Virus record (IMG/VR): IMGVR_UViG_3300014039_000032
Span: 6,209 to 70,208 of that record
Origin: a virus
Taxonomy: Duplodnaviria > Caudoviricetes
DNA length: 64,000 bases
Strand: one strand, 5' to 3'
Shown here: positions 1-9,264 of the stretch, in pieces
How the letters are laid out: every line of letters starts with the position of its first letter
Numbering within the stretch: position 1 is the first letter of the stretch
The notes under the pieces: generated by a model
The model's input: only the letters and a program-made list of their open reading frames with translations
What the model was told of the DNA's origin: nothing
The model's database searches: none
Program-made: the position numbers and the translations under genes

Positions 1-1
1 G

Positions 2-442
2 CGTGTGAGCGAGCTGACGAGTATTGGCTACAAGCAGTACCGTGATAGAGTTGACAACCAACTCGTCATTACGGGTAAGGGCGATAAGCAGCGCGTGGTT
101 TATCTGAATCGTCAGGCGGTCGAGGCTATCAACCTCTACATCCGTACTGAGCGCAAGGCTGGCAGTGAGTTCCTGTTCGCAAGTTCTCAGGGCGGCAAGG
201 TGGATGCCAACAATTTTGACAAGACGCTCAAGGCTTTGGCTCGTAAAGCCGGTGTCAAGAACGCGGATGCTGTTAGCGCTCATACGTTTCGCCATAGCTT
301 TGCTTGCATCCTGAGCGAGAATGGCACGAGCATGGACGTGATTCGTGATTTGCTTGGGCATTCCTCGTTGGCTGTTACGTCCAGATACCTGAACCAGAAT
401 GCAAGCCGTATGCGTAGTGCCGCGATGGCCGTATCATTTTGA
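2..442 (+). CDS. Tyrosine recombinase/integrase (XerC/D-like), 5'-truncated by window edge
   Basis: Frame from base 2 reads RVSEL (catalytic R), GKGDKQR (K), HTFRH (HxxR), LLGH and TSRY (Y): the full tyrosine-recombinase catalytic set. Confidence 0.9.
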   Translation, partial: RVSELTSIGYKQYRDRVDNQLVITGKGDKQRVVYLNRQAVEAINLYIRTERKAGSEFLFASSQGGKVDANNFDKTLKALARKAGVKNADAVSAHTFRHSFACILSENGTSMDVIRDLLGHSSLAVTSRYLNQNASRMRSAAMAVSF

Positions 443-492
443 ATGGCGCAATGCCGTTTGAATAAATTCAAAATTGTAAAGGAGAAATCAAG

Positions 493-1005
493 ATGTTTTA
501 CTACAAGCAAGAAACGAATTATGAAGCGCCGAAGTGGATGGAGGGCGAGTACAAGCTCAAGGTTCATGGCCGCAAGATTACGATTGAGCGCCTGGGCGTG
601 GCTGATGATGGCGTGCCAACTAAGAGCCATGCCACGTGTCACAAGCATGACCAGTTTGATATTGGCGATGGCACGAAGGTGGCGCTGGATAGACTCAAAG
701 AGAAGAAGGCGGAGGCTGATAGACAAAAGTTTAAGGTTGGGGACATTGTTAAGGTTATAAATGCTGGCAGCGCCTATTCGAGCCTCAAGCACTTTGACGA
801 GTCCGTGTGGGCAGCTCGTTATCGCTATGGCGTTACTCCTTATGGCGGTATGATTGTCAAGATTGTTGGCTGGTATGACAAGGAGAAGACGATGGCGATT
901 GTCGAAGAAGAGAATGGTAAGCAGCTTGGCAATCCGGTATATAGCAACATTCGTTGTTATGGTGGCATTTACGTCATTGGCGTTGCTGGTTTGGCGAGGG
1001 CGTGA
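493..1005 (+). CDS. Hypothetical phage protein
   Basis: 170-aa ORF with AAGGAG SD at about 479-484; no recognisable motif. Confidence 0.65.
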   Translation: MFYYKQETNYEAPKWMEGEYKLKVHGRKITIERLGVADDGVPTKSHATCHKHDQFDIGDGTKVALDRLKEKKAEADRQKFKVGDIVKVINAGSAYSSLKHFDESVWAARYRYGVTPYGGMIVKIVGWYDKEKTMAIVEEENGKQLGNPVYSNIRCYGGIYVIGVAGLARA

Positions 1006-1007
1006 AT

Positions 1008-1274
1008 ATGCAAGATTATCCAAACAATATCATCTCGGCTGTTGAGCGCGAGCTTTGTTATCAGGAAGATGATATTGCTGAAACGCTCTCATATATGGCG
1101 AATGAGTATGGCATCTTAGACAGAGCTTGTCGTCGATGGCTTGATGAACATGACCGATGTGAGCGATGTGGTGCGAAGCTGGAGGTTCAGCGAGGTCGAG
1201 AATACCATTCTGAGGTTGACGCATATGAGCCATATTGTGAGAAATATTGCCCAATTTGCGATTTAGGAGGCTAA
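1008..1274 (+). CDS. Hypothetical protein with CxxC...CxxC Zn-ribbon
   Basis: ATG at 1008 just after previous stop; CERC and CPIC motifs. Confidence 0.6.
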   Translation: MQDYPNNIISAVERELCYQEDDIAETLSYMANEYGILDRACRRWLDEHDRCERCGAKLEVQRGREYHSEVDAYEPYCEKYCPICDLGG

Positions 1275-1275
1275 A

Positions 1276-1512
1276 ATGGACGAAAAAGATAAGGAATTTG
1301 AAGAATCCATCCGAGAGAAAATCGAGGCGATTTGTAAGCAGCAGTTCACGTTGGGAATGCTGGCTGGCAATCGAGCTGGACTTGAAATCGTCTGGCAACA
1401 GGCAAAGGACATGACGAGCGCAAAGAAAATCAAGAAGCTCATCAAAGAAAAGCTCGATGTGGCGACCACGGTTGTGGAGCGCAAAGCCGAGGAGGTCAAG
1501 CATGAAGCATAA
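1276..1512 (+). CDS. Hypothetical protein
   Basis: GGAGG SD at about 1266; tightly packed operon. Confidence 0.6.
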   Translation: MDEKDKEFEESIREKIEAICKQQFTLGMLAGNRAGLEIVWQQAKDMTSAKKIKKLIKEKLDVATTVVERKAEEVKHEA

Positions 1513-1780
1513 AGATTCTCTGATGCCCGTATATTTATTTGCTGGTGGCCTTCTGTTTTATAGCATCGCAATGCCGTGCTTGGATAGCGTCAGTTGCGTG
1601 CTTCAGTCGGCGTGTAATCGAATTGTCGCCAAATGGCAGATGGATTTGAATGAAGCTCAGGCTGAAAGCAATGCGGCGGTCGAGGTTATTCAACCAGCTA
1701 ATCAGCAGAATACCAACGCCATTGGTTTTGACCTTGGCTATACGGAGGGCGAGGATGATGGTTGGTGTGACAAGCGGTAA
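1502..1780 (+). CDS. Hypothetical protein with N-terminal hydrophobic segment
   Basis: ATG 1502 after GAGGAGG; overlaps previous stop. Confidence 0.5.
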   Translation: MKHKDSLMPVYLFAGGLLFYSIAMPCLDSVSCVLQSACNRIVAKWQMDLNEAQAESNAAVEVIQPANQQNTNAIGFDLGYTEGEDDGWCDKR

Positions 1781-1961
1781 GCAGCTCTGGAACATCGTGT
1801 GCACGCGATGCCAGTATCAGAGGCAATGCGATGAACGATGCTGTGGACAAGGCGGCTATCAGCATATCAAGGATACTGTAACGCGATACTATACGAGCCG
1901 CAGAGATTGCCCGTTGTGGATTGCATTTGAATCAGATAGGAGAAGCAAGGATGGCAAGTAA
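1755..1961 (+). CDS. Small Cys-rich hypothetical protein
   Basis: ATG 1755/1758 after GGAGG-like SD; CTRC, CDERCC, CPLW. Confidence 0.45.
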   Translation: MMVGVTSGKQLWNIVCTRCQYQRQCDERCCGQGGYQHIKDTVTRYYTSRRDCPLWIAFESDRRSKDGK

Positions 1962-2658
1962 GAAAAAGATTGTGAACGACGTGAATGAATTTGGAGCACC
2001 GCCCGAAGATATGTTTTTTGGGCTGACGCTCAATGAAGGCCAGAAGATTTTCCGCGATGCTATCATGTCGGAGGATAAACAGGTGGTCATCTGTAATGCC
2101 GTCAGTGGTAGCGGCAAGACTTTGATTGCTACGGCGTGCGCTCGGATGCTTCAGGCGTATCACGGCTACGATGGCGTGGTTTACGTGTTTAGTGCCAATC
2201 AAGAACAGGCGTTGGGGTATCGCCCAGGAACGACCGAGGAGAAGGTTGAGGAATATACCGTACCTCTTCAGGACGCACTCATCAAACTCAACGAAGAGCC
2301 AAGCAAGGTAATTGAGAATGCCGAGAATTTGAAATTTGGTTCGGCGTGGATTGCCGCTAAGCCATCGACGTTCCTGCGTGGTGTCAACTTCAACCATAAG
2401 GTTGTCATCGTAGATGAGGTTCAGAATTTTACGATTCCAGAAATCAAGAAGGTCATCAGCCGTTGTGATGATGCATCTAAGGTTATCCTGATTGGTTCGA
2501 CAGACCAGATTGATATTCGCCCTGAGCAATCGTGCTTTGAGAGTTTGATGGAATATCTTGACCGTTACGATTTCGTTCAGAGGTGCAAGCTTGACATCAG
2601 CTATCGTGGTCGACTCTGTGAGGCCATTGATTTGTACGGCAAAGAAAATTTCAAATAA
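1951..2658 (+). CDS. phoH: PhoH-family ATPase
   Basis: Walker A AVSGSGKT, GYRPG, FLRGVNF, IVDEVQN, ILIGSTDQID are PhoH-family motifs. Confidence 0.85.
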   Translation: MASKKKIVNDVNEFGAPPEDMFFGLTLNEGQKIFRDAIMSEDKQVVICNAVSGSGKTLIATACARMLQAYHGYDGVVYVFSANQEQALGYRPGTTEEKVEEYTVPLQDALIKLNEEPSKVIENAENLKFGSAWIAAKPSTFLRGVNFNHKVVIVDEVQNFTIPEIKKVISRCDDASKVILIGSTDQIDIRPEQSCFESLMEYLDRYDFVQRCKLDISYRGRLCEAIDLYGKENFK

Positions 2659-2662
2659 AGCC

Positions 2663-2691
2663 TTGACAATCCTTCTGTCTTATGGTACAAT
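2663..2691 (+). promoter_or_regulatory. sigmaA/sigma70-type promoter
   Basis: TTGACA-N17-TACAAT with extended -10 TG. Confidence 0.75.
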
Positions 2692-2723
2692 CCAAGTATC
2701 AACCAGACAGGAGGATTGATTTT

Positions 2724-3443
2724 GTGAAATATGTTGGCAGTAAGAACCGCTTGAGCAAGCAACTCGCGCCTATTATCCAGTCGTATATTGACGGTATGCC
2801 TAATTGCAGGGGTTATGTCGAGCCGTTTGTTGGTGGCGCAAATATGATTGATAAAATCAAAGCACCGGTAAAAATTGGAACTGATATTCATAAATATCTT
2901 ATTGCTTTGCTCAACCATGTGCAGCAAACAACTAATGACCTACCTAACACTATTACAGAGACCGAGTATAATGCTGTGCGTATCAATCCTGACGCATATC
3001 CCGATTGGTATGTTGGGCTGGTTGGATTTTGTACGTTTGGCGCTAAGTGGTTTGGAGGTTATCCTCGTGGATTCAAAGCAGACGGTGTAACGCCGCGAGA
3101 TATTACCAATGAGGCTATTCGCAACATTAAGAAGCAAGCGCCAAAACTTAAAGGAATTATATTTGCGCGTAGTGACTATTGGAAAATTGGCGTAGGCGGC
3201 ATGGTTATCTACTGTGACCCGCCTTACCGCGATACAACCAAGTACGCAACGGGTAGCTTTGATTATGAAAAATTTTATAATTGGTGCAAACAGATGGCCA
3301 AGAACAACGTCGTACTCATTAGCGAATATTGGATGCCAGAGGATGGTTTTGAATGCATTTGGCAAGGTAATCTCAAGTGTACGCTGGACAAAGCAAGTCG
3401 AACCGACAAAGTTGAGCGGCTGTATATTTGTAAAGGTTGGTGA
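2724..3443 (+). CDS. DNA adenine methyltransferase (D12/Dam-like family)
   Basis: GTG start after GGAGG (2710); KYVGSK, YVEPFVGGA (SAM binding), YCDPPY (catalytic). Confidence 0.9.
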   Translation: MKYVGSKNRLSKQLAPIIQSYIDGMPNCRGYVEPFVGGANMIDKIKAPVKIGTDIHKYLIALLNHVQQTTNDLPNTITETEYNAVRINPDAYPDWYVGLVGFCTFGAKWFGGYPRGFKADGVTPRDITNEAIRNIKKQAPKLKGIIFARSDYWKIGVGGMVIYCDPPYRDTTKYATGSFDYEKFYNWCKQMAKNNVVLISEYWMPEDGFECIWQGNLKCTLDKASRTDKVERLYICKGW

Positions 3444-3448
3444 AGATT

Positions 3449-3679
3449 ATGAACGACCTCGAGAAAGCGCCAAATTGCTATCAATGCGCTTTGGACGATG
3501 TTTGCTTTGGATTGACGTGTACGGATTGCAATTTATACCAGCGGCAATATCTAAATGCTCAAGATGCTATGGAGGCGGCTATCCGGCGTATCCATGAGCT
3601 TGAGAAATCAAATCGCAACTGGAGGCGCAAAGCCCAGAGGTTGCGTAAAGAATTGAAGGAGGTAAAATATGAAGAGTAA
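3449..3679 (+). CDS. Hypothetical protein (Cys-rich, C-terminal coiled coil)
   Basis: ORF fills operon gap; CxxC motifs. Confidence 0.55.
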   Translation: MNDLEKAPNCYQCALDDVCFGLTCTDCNLYQRQYLNAQDAMEAAIRRIHELEKSNRNWRRKAQRLRKELKEVKYEE

Positions 3680-3839
3680 AGGTTGGATTGTAGCCATGGA
3701 CTTTGCGTTATGTGCTATGAACGCGGTTCTTGGCATTGCGCATATGGGGTCTGTGCCTATGTGGACAACAGCGCTTAGCCTGATGACGGCTGGAGCTTGC
3801 TTGGGCTTTGGGCTGTTCCTGATTTTCGTTGAGAGGTGA
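3669..3839 (+). CDS. Small hydrophobic membrane protein (56 aa)
   Basis: Read manually: MKSKGWIVAMDFALC...LFLIFVER; AAGGAGG SD; overlaps both neighbours. Confidence 0.45.
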   Translation: MKSKGWIVAMDFALCAMNAVLGIAHMGSVPMWTTALSLMTAGACLGFGLFLIFVER

Positions 3840-4915
3840 GCGGTATGACGTTTCTTGATTGGGCAAGCACAAGCCCCGTGATTCGATTTGCGGCAAACCA
3901 GTATGGTGTCCATTGCAATCCAAATGCGGCGTATGCCTATGAAGAGCGGGGGTTACTAATGGATTGTGAGGAGCGCATTAAGGCGGCTATCGGCGTTAAG
4001 AGTGGTCATGTGCTGTATTTCAGATGCGCAACAGAGGCTATTGATTGGTTGCACAACAAAAGTATCGCTCGCCAACCAGATGTGGAATGGTTTAATAGTT
4101 TAGTTGAACATGACTGTTGTGATTTTGGTGTTGTGTGCGGTGCAGACCAAGTTGAAGAATACTGCACAAGAGCTGTCATAGGAAGAGCCCGCAATTTAAG
4201 AGCCGATTTTTACATCCATCAATGGGTCAATCACGTCACAGGCGAAATTTTCAACCTTAAGGAAATCAAGGCGCAGTTGCCAGACACTTGCCGTCTCATC
4301 GTAGATGCTACGGCGGGATTTGGCAAAGTCAAGTTGCCACACGGCATTGAGAATATTGCCGATGCGCTGTTTATGTCTGGCCATAAGATTGGCCGCCCTG
4401 AGCTTTCGTTTATGTGGCTCAATGACGAGCTTTGCGAATGGCTTGGAGCGACCAAGGATATCCGCAATCAGTGGGGCTTACATCATGGCAGCTTAAGCGT
4501 GGCGAGCGTGCTGGCGTTGACTGATGCGGTTGAATGGGCTTGTGATGAGGATAGAGTTTGGAATGGCGAGTTAAAATTCGTATGTCTTGTCGATGATTTT
4601 TTTGATGGTCTGGATGACATTGCGGAATTTATTGGAGGAGACATGGTTGGAACGCTTGCTATCAACGCCATTCGCCTCAATGGTATCAATGCCGATGCCC
4701 TCCAGCAGTTTCTCGCCTCGCGCGGTATTTATGTTGGCGTAGGTGGGTCGGCTTGTTCTGCGGCGCATGACTATCGTGTGTTGCGTAACGGATATGGATT
4801 AAACAACGATGAAGCAGCTGAGGTTATCAGAGTATCGTTGGGGCCAGAGACAACGGCAGACGATATCAAGGCACTGGTTGATGGCGTTAAGGAATATCGT
4901 CGGCAATTTTGTTAA
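3836..4915 (+). CDS. NifS/IscS-like cysteine desulfurase (class V PLP enzyme)
   Basis: FLDWASTSP, ATEA, VEH, IVDATAG, SGHK (PLP lysine), GGSACS (persulfide Cys), IRVSLG. Confidence 0.8.
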   Translation: MSGMTFLDWASTSPVIRFAANQYGVHCNPNAAYAYEERGLLMDCEERIKAAIGVKSGHVLYFRCATEAIDWLHNKSIARQPDVEWFNSLVEHDCCDFGVVCGADQVEEYCTRAVIGRARNLRADFYIHQWVNHVTGEIFNLKEIKAQLPDTCRLIVDATAGFGKVKLPHGIENIADALFMSGHKIGRPELSFMWLNDELCEWLGATKDIRNQWGLHHGSLSVASVLALTDAVEWACDEDRVWNGELKFVCLVDDFFDGLDDIAEFIGGDMVGTLAINAIRLNGINADALQQFLASRGIYVGVGGSACSAAHDYRVLRNGYGLNNDEAAEVIRVSLGPETTADDIKALVDGVKEYRRQFC

Positions 4916-4924
4916 AATTTAATC

Positions 4925-4953
4925 TTGACAATCCTCCTCTTGTGTGGTATCAT
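4925..4953 (+). promoter_or_regulatory. sigmaA-type promoter of dnaE
   Basis: TTGACA-N17-TATCAT with extended -10 TG. Confidence 0.75.
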
Positions 4954-4984
4954 GACGGTACTATATGAGAGGAGGTTTTGTATT

Positions 4985-7900
4985 TTGGCCAACTATACAA
5001 TCCTGCATCTACACTCGATGCTATCCAACGGCGTGACAAACATCGACTCGGTAACGCCATACGACCAATACATTGACCAAGCGCACGAATGGGGCATGAC
5101 GGCTATGGCATTCAGCGAACATGGCAGCGTGTTTCAGTGGGTCAAGAAGAAGCTGCACATGGAAGAGTTGGGCATGAAGTTTATCGCGGCCGAAGAATTT
5201 TACCTTACCAACACGCTTGACGAAAAGATTCGCGACAACTACCATTGCTTGCTCATCGCCAAGAATTATGACGGCGTGCTTGAGCTAAACAAGTTGTCAA
5301 GCAAATCTTTCAACCGAGACGACAATTCGTTTTACTATGTGCCGCGCATCACGATTGATGACGTCAAGCACACGAGCGACAACATCATTGTATCGACGGC
5401 GTGCTTAGGTGGCGTGTTAAACAAAGCGCCTGAGCCTATTCGACAAGATTTTTTTGATTGGCTGTGTCAGCATCCTGACCGTTGCTTCCTTGAAATTCAG
5501 CCGCATATCAGCGCAGAGCAGAAGCGGTACAATCAAGCGCTTTGGGCGTTAAGCAAGCGCAGTGGCTTGCGGTTGTTGATGTGTACAGATACCCATGCGC
5601 TCAACGCCGAACACGTTGAAGGGCGCAAGATTTTACAGAAGGCCAAGAGCATCCATTTTGACGGCGAGGACGAATTTCACCTTGAGATGTTGAGTTATGA
5701 CGAGCTTGTGCGGCTATGCCAGCTTCAGAACGCCTTGCCTATGCAAGTTTATCTTGACGCCATTGAGATGACCAACACGGTGGCCGATATGATCGAACCG
5801 TTTGAGCTTGACTATAGCTACAAGTACCCGCATCTATGGGGAGACGATAGCGAACAGGTGCTTAGAACTAAAATTGCCGATGGCATCAAATGGCGCGGCG
5901 TAGACAAGCTGCCGAATTATCAAGAATATCTTGACCGCATTGAATATGAGATGAAGGCGTACATCCATAACGGCGCGATTGATTTCATGTTGCTCATGAA
6001 GGATATCATCGCATGGTGCAAGACGCAGGACATTCTCGTTGGCTATGGGCGCGGCTCATGTAATGGCTCAGTCATAGCTTATCTGCTTGGCATTACAGAG
6101 ATGGATAGCATCAAGCATGGGCTGAACTTTGAGCGATTCATGAACACCGAGCGTGTATCGTTGTCTGATATTGATACGGATTTTCCGCCAAGCAGAATCA
6201 ATGAGGTCAAGCAATACATCTTCAATAAGCATGGGCTGTATTGTTCAGACATTGTGACGTTCAATACTATCGCGCTTAAGGGCGCTATCCGCGATGTTGG
6301 CCGTGCGCTCGAGATTCCGCTGGCTGAGGTTGGCGAGATTTGCAACCGCGTTGAAGCGGATGAGGGTGGATGCCGCAAGCAATATCCTGAGCTGTTCAAA
6401 TACGTCGACATTGTGAATGGTTGCGTGGTGTCGGTTGGCTCGCATCCGTGTGGCGTAGTTGTGGCTGAGGGCGCGATTGATGACCGCATGGGGCTGTTCA
6501 CAACGTCAACCGATGCCTTCCCCATCAGCCAAATCAACATGAAGGAGGTTGACCTTCAGAATTACGTCAAGCTCGATTTGCTCAAGCTGGACACCATTGA
6601 GCTTATCAATGAGACGTGTAAGCTGGCGGGTATTGAACGCCTGACGCCTGACAATGTCGATATCAACGACAAGGCTGTATGGGATAGCATCAGAGATGAT
6701 ACCACAGCAATCTTCCAATGGGAAGGCGCAACAGGCGACAGGTATATCAAGCAGTTGCTATCTGAGAGCAACATCCAGAAATTCAAGAAGCTCAACCCCA
6801 ACGTGGACTATATGACGTTGTTGAGCATTGGTAATGGCGCGATTCGTCCTGCTGGCGCGTCGTATCGTGACGATTTGGCCAATGGCGTGATTCGCAAATC
6901 CGGCAATGCGGCGATTGATGAATTTATGAAGCCGACGTTTGGCTATCTGGTTTTCCAATGCCAGATTATTCAATTCCTGCATCAGTATTGCGGATACACC
7001 ATGGGCGAGGCAGATATTGTTCGCCGCCATTTCGCAAAGAAGACCGGCACAGAAAAGGATATTCCGCAAATCAAGGCGGGCTTTGCTAAGACCATGGCCG
7101 AGCAGTACGGTATGAGCCAAGAGGAATCGGATAAGGTTATCGCGGATTTCATTCAGGTCATCATGGACGCCAGCAACTACCTGTTCAGCCTTAACCATAG
7201 CCAGCCGTATAGCTATGAGGGTTATGTGTCTGGTTGGCTCAGATATCATTACCCGCTTCAGTTCTTGACTGTGGCGTTGAATATCAATCAAGGCAAAGAG
7301 GAAAAGACGGGGGCACTCACGGCGTATGCGCATAAGGTTGGCATCGGCATCAAGCCGCCAAAGTTCCGCCATTCCCGTTCGGCGTATTTCTGTGATACGG
7401 CAACCAACTGTATTTATAAGGGGCTTGGGTCTATCAAATACATGAGCAGCCAAGTTGCCGAGGCGCTGTATGGTATGCGCGATATGCAGTTTGGAAATTT
7501 CATCGATGTGCTGTTTGCGCTCCAGCAAATCGATGACAAGCCTGACAGCCGCCAGCTTGACATCCTTATCAAGATTGGGTACTTTGAGGAATTTGGCCCA
7601 GCAAAGGCGCTGTTGCTTGGCGTAGAGATTTTTAATAAATTTTTCAAGTGCAAGAATTTAAGGCTTGACAAATGGGCTGAGATGGGTTATAATATGGCTA
7701 TCTTGAAAGCCAACGCCGCCAAGCTCACAGATAAGACGGCTGGCGGGCTTAATAACCGTGGGCTTATCTTGGGCATTCTGCGGTCAATGAAAATGCCGCG
7801 CACAACCATCGTCGATAAGCTTAGATGGCAAGCTGAGTTGCTTGGCTATGTAGATGGCTCTGACCCGCGCCGAGACGTAAATGAATGGCTGGTACTTGCC

Positions 7901-8137
7901 ATCGAGACAACAAGCTATGGCACGGCATGGCTAAGGCTATACAACCTTGCCTACGGTGCTGAACGACGTTACAAGGTTGACAAGCGATGGGCAGCAAGCC
8001 ATAGCTGCAAGACTGGCGATGTGCTCAAGGTTGTGTTGGATGACAAGCCAAAATTTAAGAAGCTGGATGATGGCAAATTCGTCAAGACTGGCGAGGTCGA
8101 GACGGTTATAAAAATGTTTAAGATTTTGGAGGTATGA
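4985..8137 (+). CDS. dnaE: DNA polymerase III alpha subunit (family C, DnaE-type)
   Basis: TTG start after GAGGAGG; PHP domain HLHS; YGRGS, DIDTDF, HPCG, KLDLL and FSLNHS motifs. Confidence 0.95.
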   Translation: MANYTILHLHSMLSNGVTNIDSVTPYDQYIDQAHEWGMTAMAFSEHGSVFQWVKKKLHMEELGMKFIAAEEFYLTNTLDEKIRDNYHCLLIAKNYDGVLELNKLSSKSFNRDDNSFYYVPRITIDDVKHTSDNIIVSTACLGGVLNKAPEPIRQDFFDWLCQHPDRCFLEIQPHISAEQKRYNQALWALSKRSGLRLLMCTDTHALNAEHVEGRKILQKAKSIHFDGEDEFHLEMLSYDELVRLCQLQNALPMQVYLDAIEMTNTVADMIEPFELDYSYKYPHLWGDDSEQVLRTKIADGIKWRGVDKLPNYQEYLDRIEYEMKAYIHNGAIDFMLLMKDIIAWCKTQDILVGYGRGSCNGSVIAYLLGITEMDSIKHGLNFERFMNTERVSLSDIDTDFPPSRINEVKQYIFNKHGLYCSDIVTFNTIALKGAIRDVGRALEIPLAEVGEICNRVEADEGGCRKQYPELFKYVDIVNGCVVSVGSHPCGVVVAEGAIDDRMGLFTTSTDAFPISQINMKEVDLQNYVKLDLLKLDTIELINETCKLAGIERLTPDNVDINDKAVWDSIRDDTTAIFQWEGATGDRYIKQLLSESNIQKFKKLNPNVDYMTLLSIGNGAIRPAGASYRDDLANGVIRKSGNAAIDEFMKPTFGYLVFQCQIIQFLHQYCGYTMGEADIVRRHFAKKTGTEKDIPQIKAGFAKTMAEQYGMSQEESDKVIADFIQVIMDASNYLFSLNHSQPYSYEGYVSGWLRYHYPLQFLTVALNINQGKEEKTGALTAYAHKVGIGIKPPKFRHSRSAYFCDTATNCIYKGLGSIKYMSSQVAEALYGMRDMQFGNFIDVLFALQQIDDKPDSRQLDILIKIGYFEEFGPAKALLLGVEIFNKFFKCKNLRLDKWAEMGYNMAILKANAAKLTDKTAGGLNNRGLILGILRSMKMPRTTIVDKLRWQAELLGYVDGSDPRRDVNEWLVLAIETTSYGTAWLRLYNLAYGAERRYKVDKRWAASHSCKTGDVLKVVLDDKPKFKKLDDGKFVKTGEVETVIKMFKILEV

Positions 8138-8138
8138 A

Positions 8139-8279
8139 ATGAAAAGAGGAAAATGGATGGCGTGGCTCTACGTATTTGGATGGGCTATCTGTATTGCGAT
8201 TTGCTTAGTGTTTGCTTATATCATTGCTGTTTCCGATTTGCCGCCTTGGTTCAAATTCTTTTTGCTGAAAGGAAAATAA
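8139..8279 (+). CDS. Small membrane protein (46 aa)
   Basis: Read manually: MKRGKWMAWLYVFGWAICIAICLVFAYII...; GGAGG SD. Confidence 0.45.
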   Translation: MKRGKWMAWLYVFGWAICIAICLVFAYIIAVSDLPPWFKFFLLKGK

Positions 8280-8293
8280 GGAGGTTTGATGCT

Positions 8294-8437
8294 ATGGGAA
8301 GAAAAATTGATGGAGATGCCTTAATTGATTGGCTTGAAGATGGCTATGATGAAGACCATGCAAGTCAGCAGGAGCAGATTGACCATGCTTTTACGATTGG
8401 GTTGATTAACGCCATGAGCGAAGAACAGGAGGCTTGA
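8294..8437 (+). CDS. Small hypothetical protein
   Basis: MGRKIDGDALIDWL...; AAGGAGG SD. Confidence 0.5.
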   Translation: MGRKIDGDALIDWLEDGYDEDHASQQEQIDHAFTIGLINAMSEEQEA

Positions 8438-8841
8438 CAATGGCTGAATACATTGAGAAAAACGTAGCAATCGCGCGGTTGACAGCGCTGGAAATTGGCA
8501 ATCCATGCGCTACGATGGCAGACGCAAAACGTCAGATTGCTGATACGCGGTCTGCTAACGTTGCGCCGGTGGTACATGGGCGGTGGGTATTCACAAGAAA
8601 ACACCTATGGTATAAAGAAGATGACGGCGAAATAGATTTGTGGCGGTTGGATGTGGGATTTCACAATGGGCCAGCGTGTCAAGTGTGCGGAGAGTCATTC
8701 TGTGTAAACTGCAACAAAGATTGGGAAAACACGGAATGCCGTATAGGGCATTATGAATGCTCAGCGTGTAAAGAGCCGTCTAAAGATGGGCGTGAGAATT
8801 TCTGCCCCCAACTGCGGCGCGAAAATGGACGGAGGCGATGA
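8434..8841 (+). CDS. Hypothetical Zn-finger phage protein, probable +1 frameshift near 3' end
   Basis: MAEYIE...ANVAPVVHGRW family; CPNCGAKMD tail continues in the shifted frame after the C5 run at 8805-8809. Confidence 0.65.
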   Translation: MTMAEYIEKNVAIARLTALEIGNPCATMADAKRQIADTRSANVAPVVHGRWVFTRKHLWYKEDDGEIDLWRLDVGFHNGPACQVCGESFCVNCNKDWENTECRIGHYECSACKEPSKDGRENFCPQLRRENGRRR

Positions 8842-9128
8842 CAATGAGGCTGATTGACGCGGACGCCCTTGGAGTGGGAAGATGTAGCAGAGACATTCTT
8901 CCAGCGATGTATTGCGCTGGTTGGAATGGTTTACTTGGCATTTTAGAAAAAGCAGATACCGTCGACGCTGTGATCGTGACGAGGTGTAAGGATTGCCGAA
9001 GCTCTCGCGAGCTGAACCGAAACGACAGGCTGGAAGACAGTTATGCCGAAGGCGTCTTATGGTGTATGAATCAGTCTAATGGCGTATGGCCGGACGATTT
9101 TTGCAGCTACGGTGAGCCGAAGTGTTGA
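8838..9128 (+). CDS. Hypothetical phage protein (MRLIDADAL...VxxxRCKDC family)
   Basis: Family-typical termini recalled from Clostridial phages; FCSYGE C-terminus. Confidence 0.65.
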   Translation: MTMRLIDADALGVGRCSRDILPAMYCAGWNGLLGILEKADTVDAVIVTRCKDCRSSRELNRNDRLEDSYAEGVLWCMNQSNGVWPDDFCSYGEPKC

Positions 9129-9153
9129 CAAGCATTTGTCGGTATGATATAAT
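9125..9153 (+). promoter_or_regulatory. sigmaA-type promoter
   Basis: TTGACA-N17-TATAAT with extended -10 TG. Confidence 0.8.
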
Positions 9154-9229
9154 ATTAAATGCCTATAAGGCAGAAAGTAAGGATATGAAAATATGGGGAT
9201 TGCAGTCAAGAATTTTCAAAAAAAAGTTC

Positions 9230-9258
9230 TTGACAACGGTATCTGGATGTGATATAAT
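9230..9258 (+). promoter_or_regulatory. sigmaA-type promoter of HNH gene
   Basis: TTGACA-N17-TATAAT with extended -10 TG, A-tract upstream. Confidence 0.8.
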
Positions 9259-9264
9259 CTATAA

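Noticed and set aside
4925-4984. ORF-track N-terminal extension of DnaE
   Set aside because: These bases are the promoter and SD; the TTG at 4925 is the -35 box.
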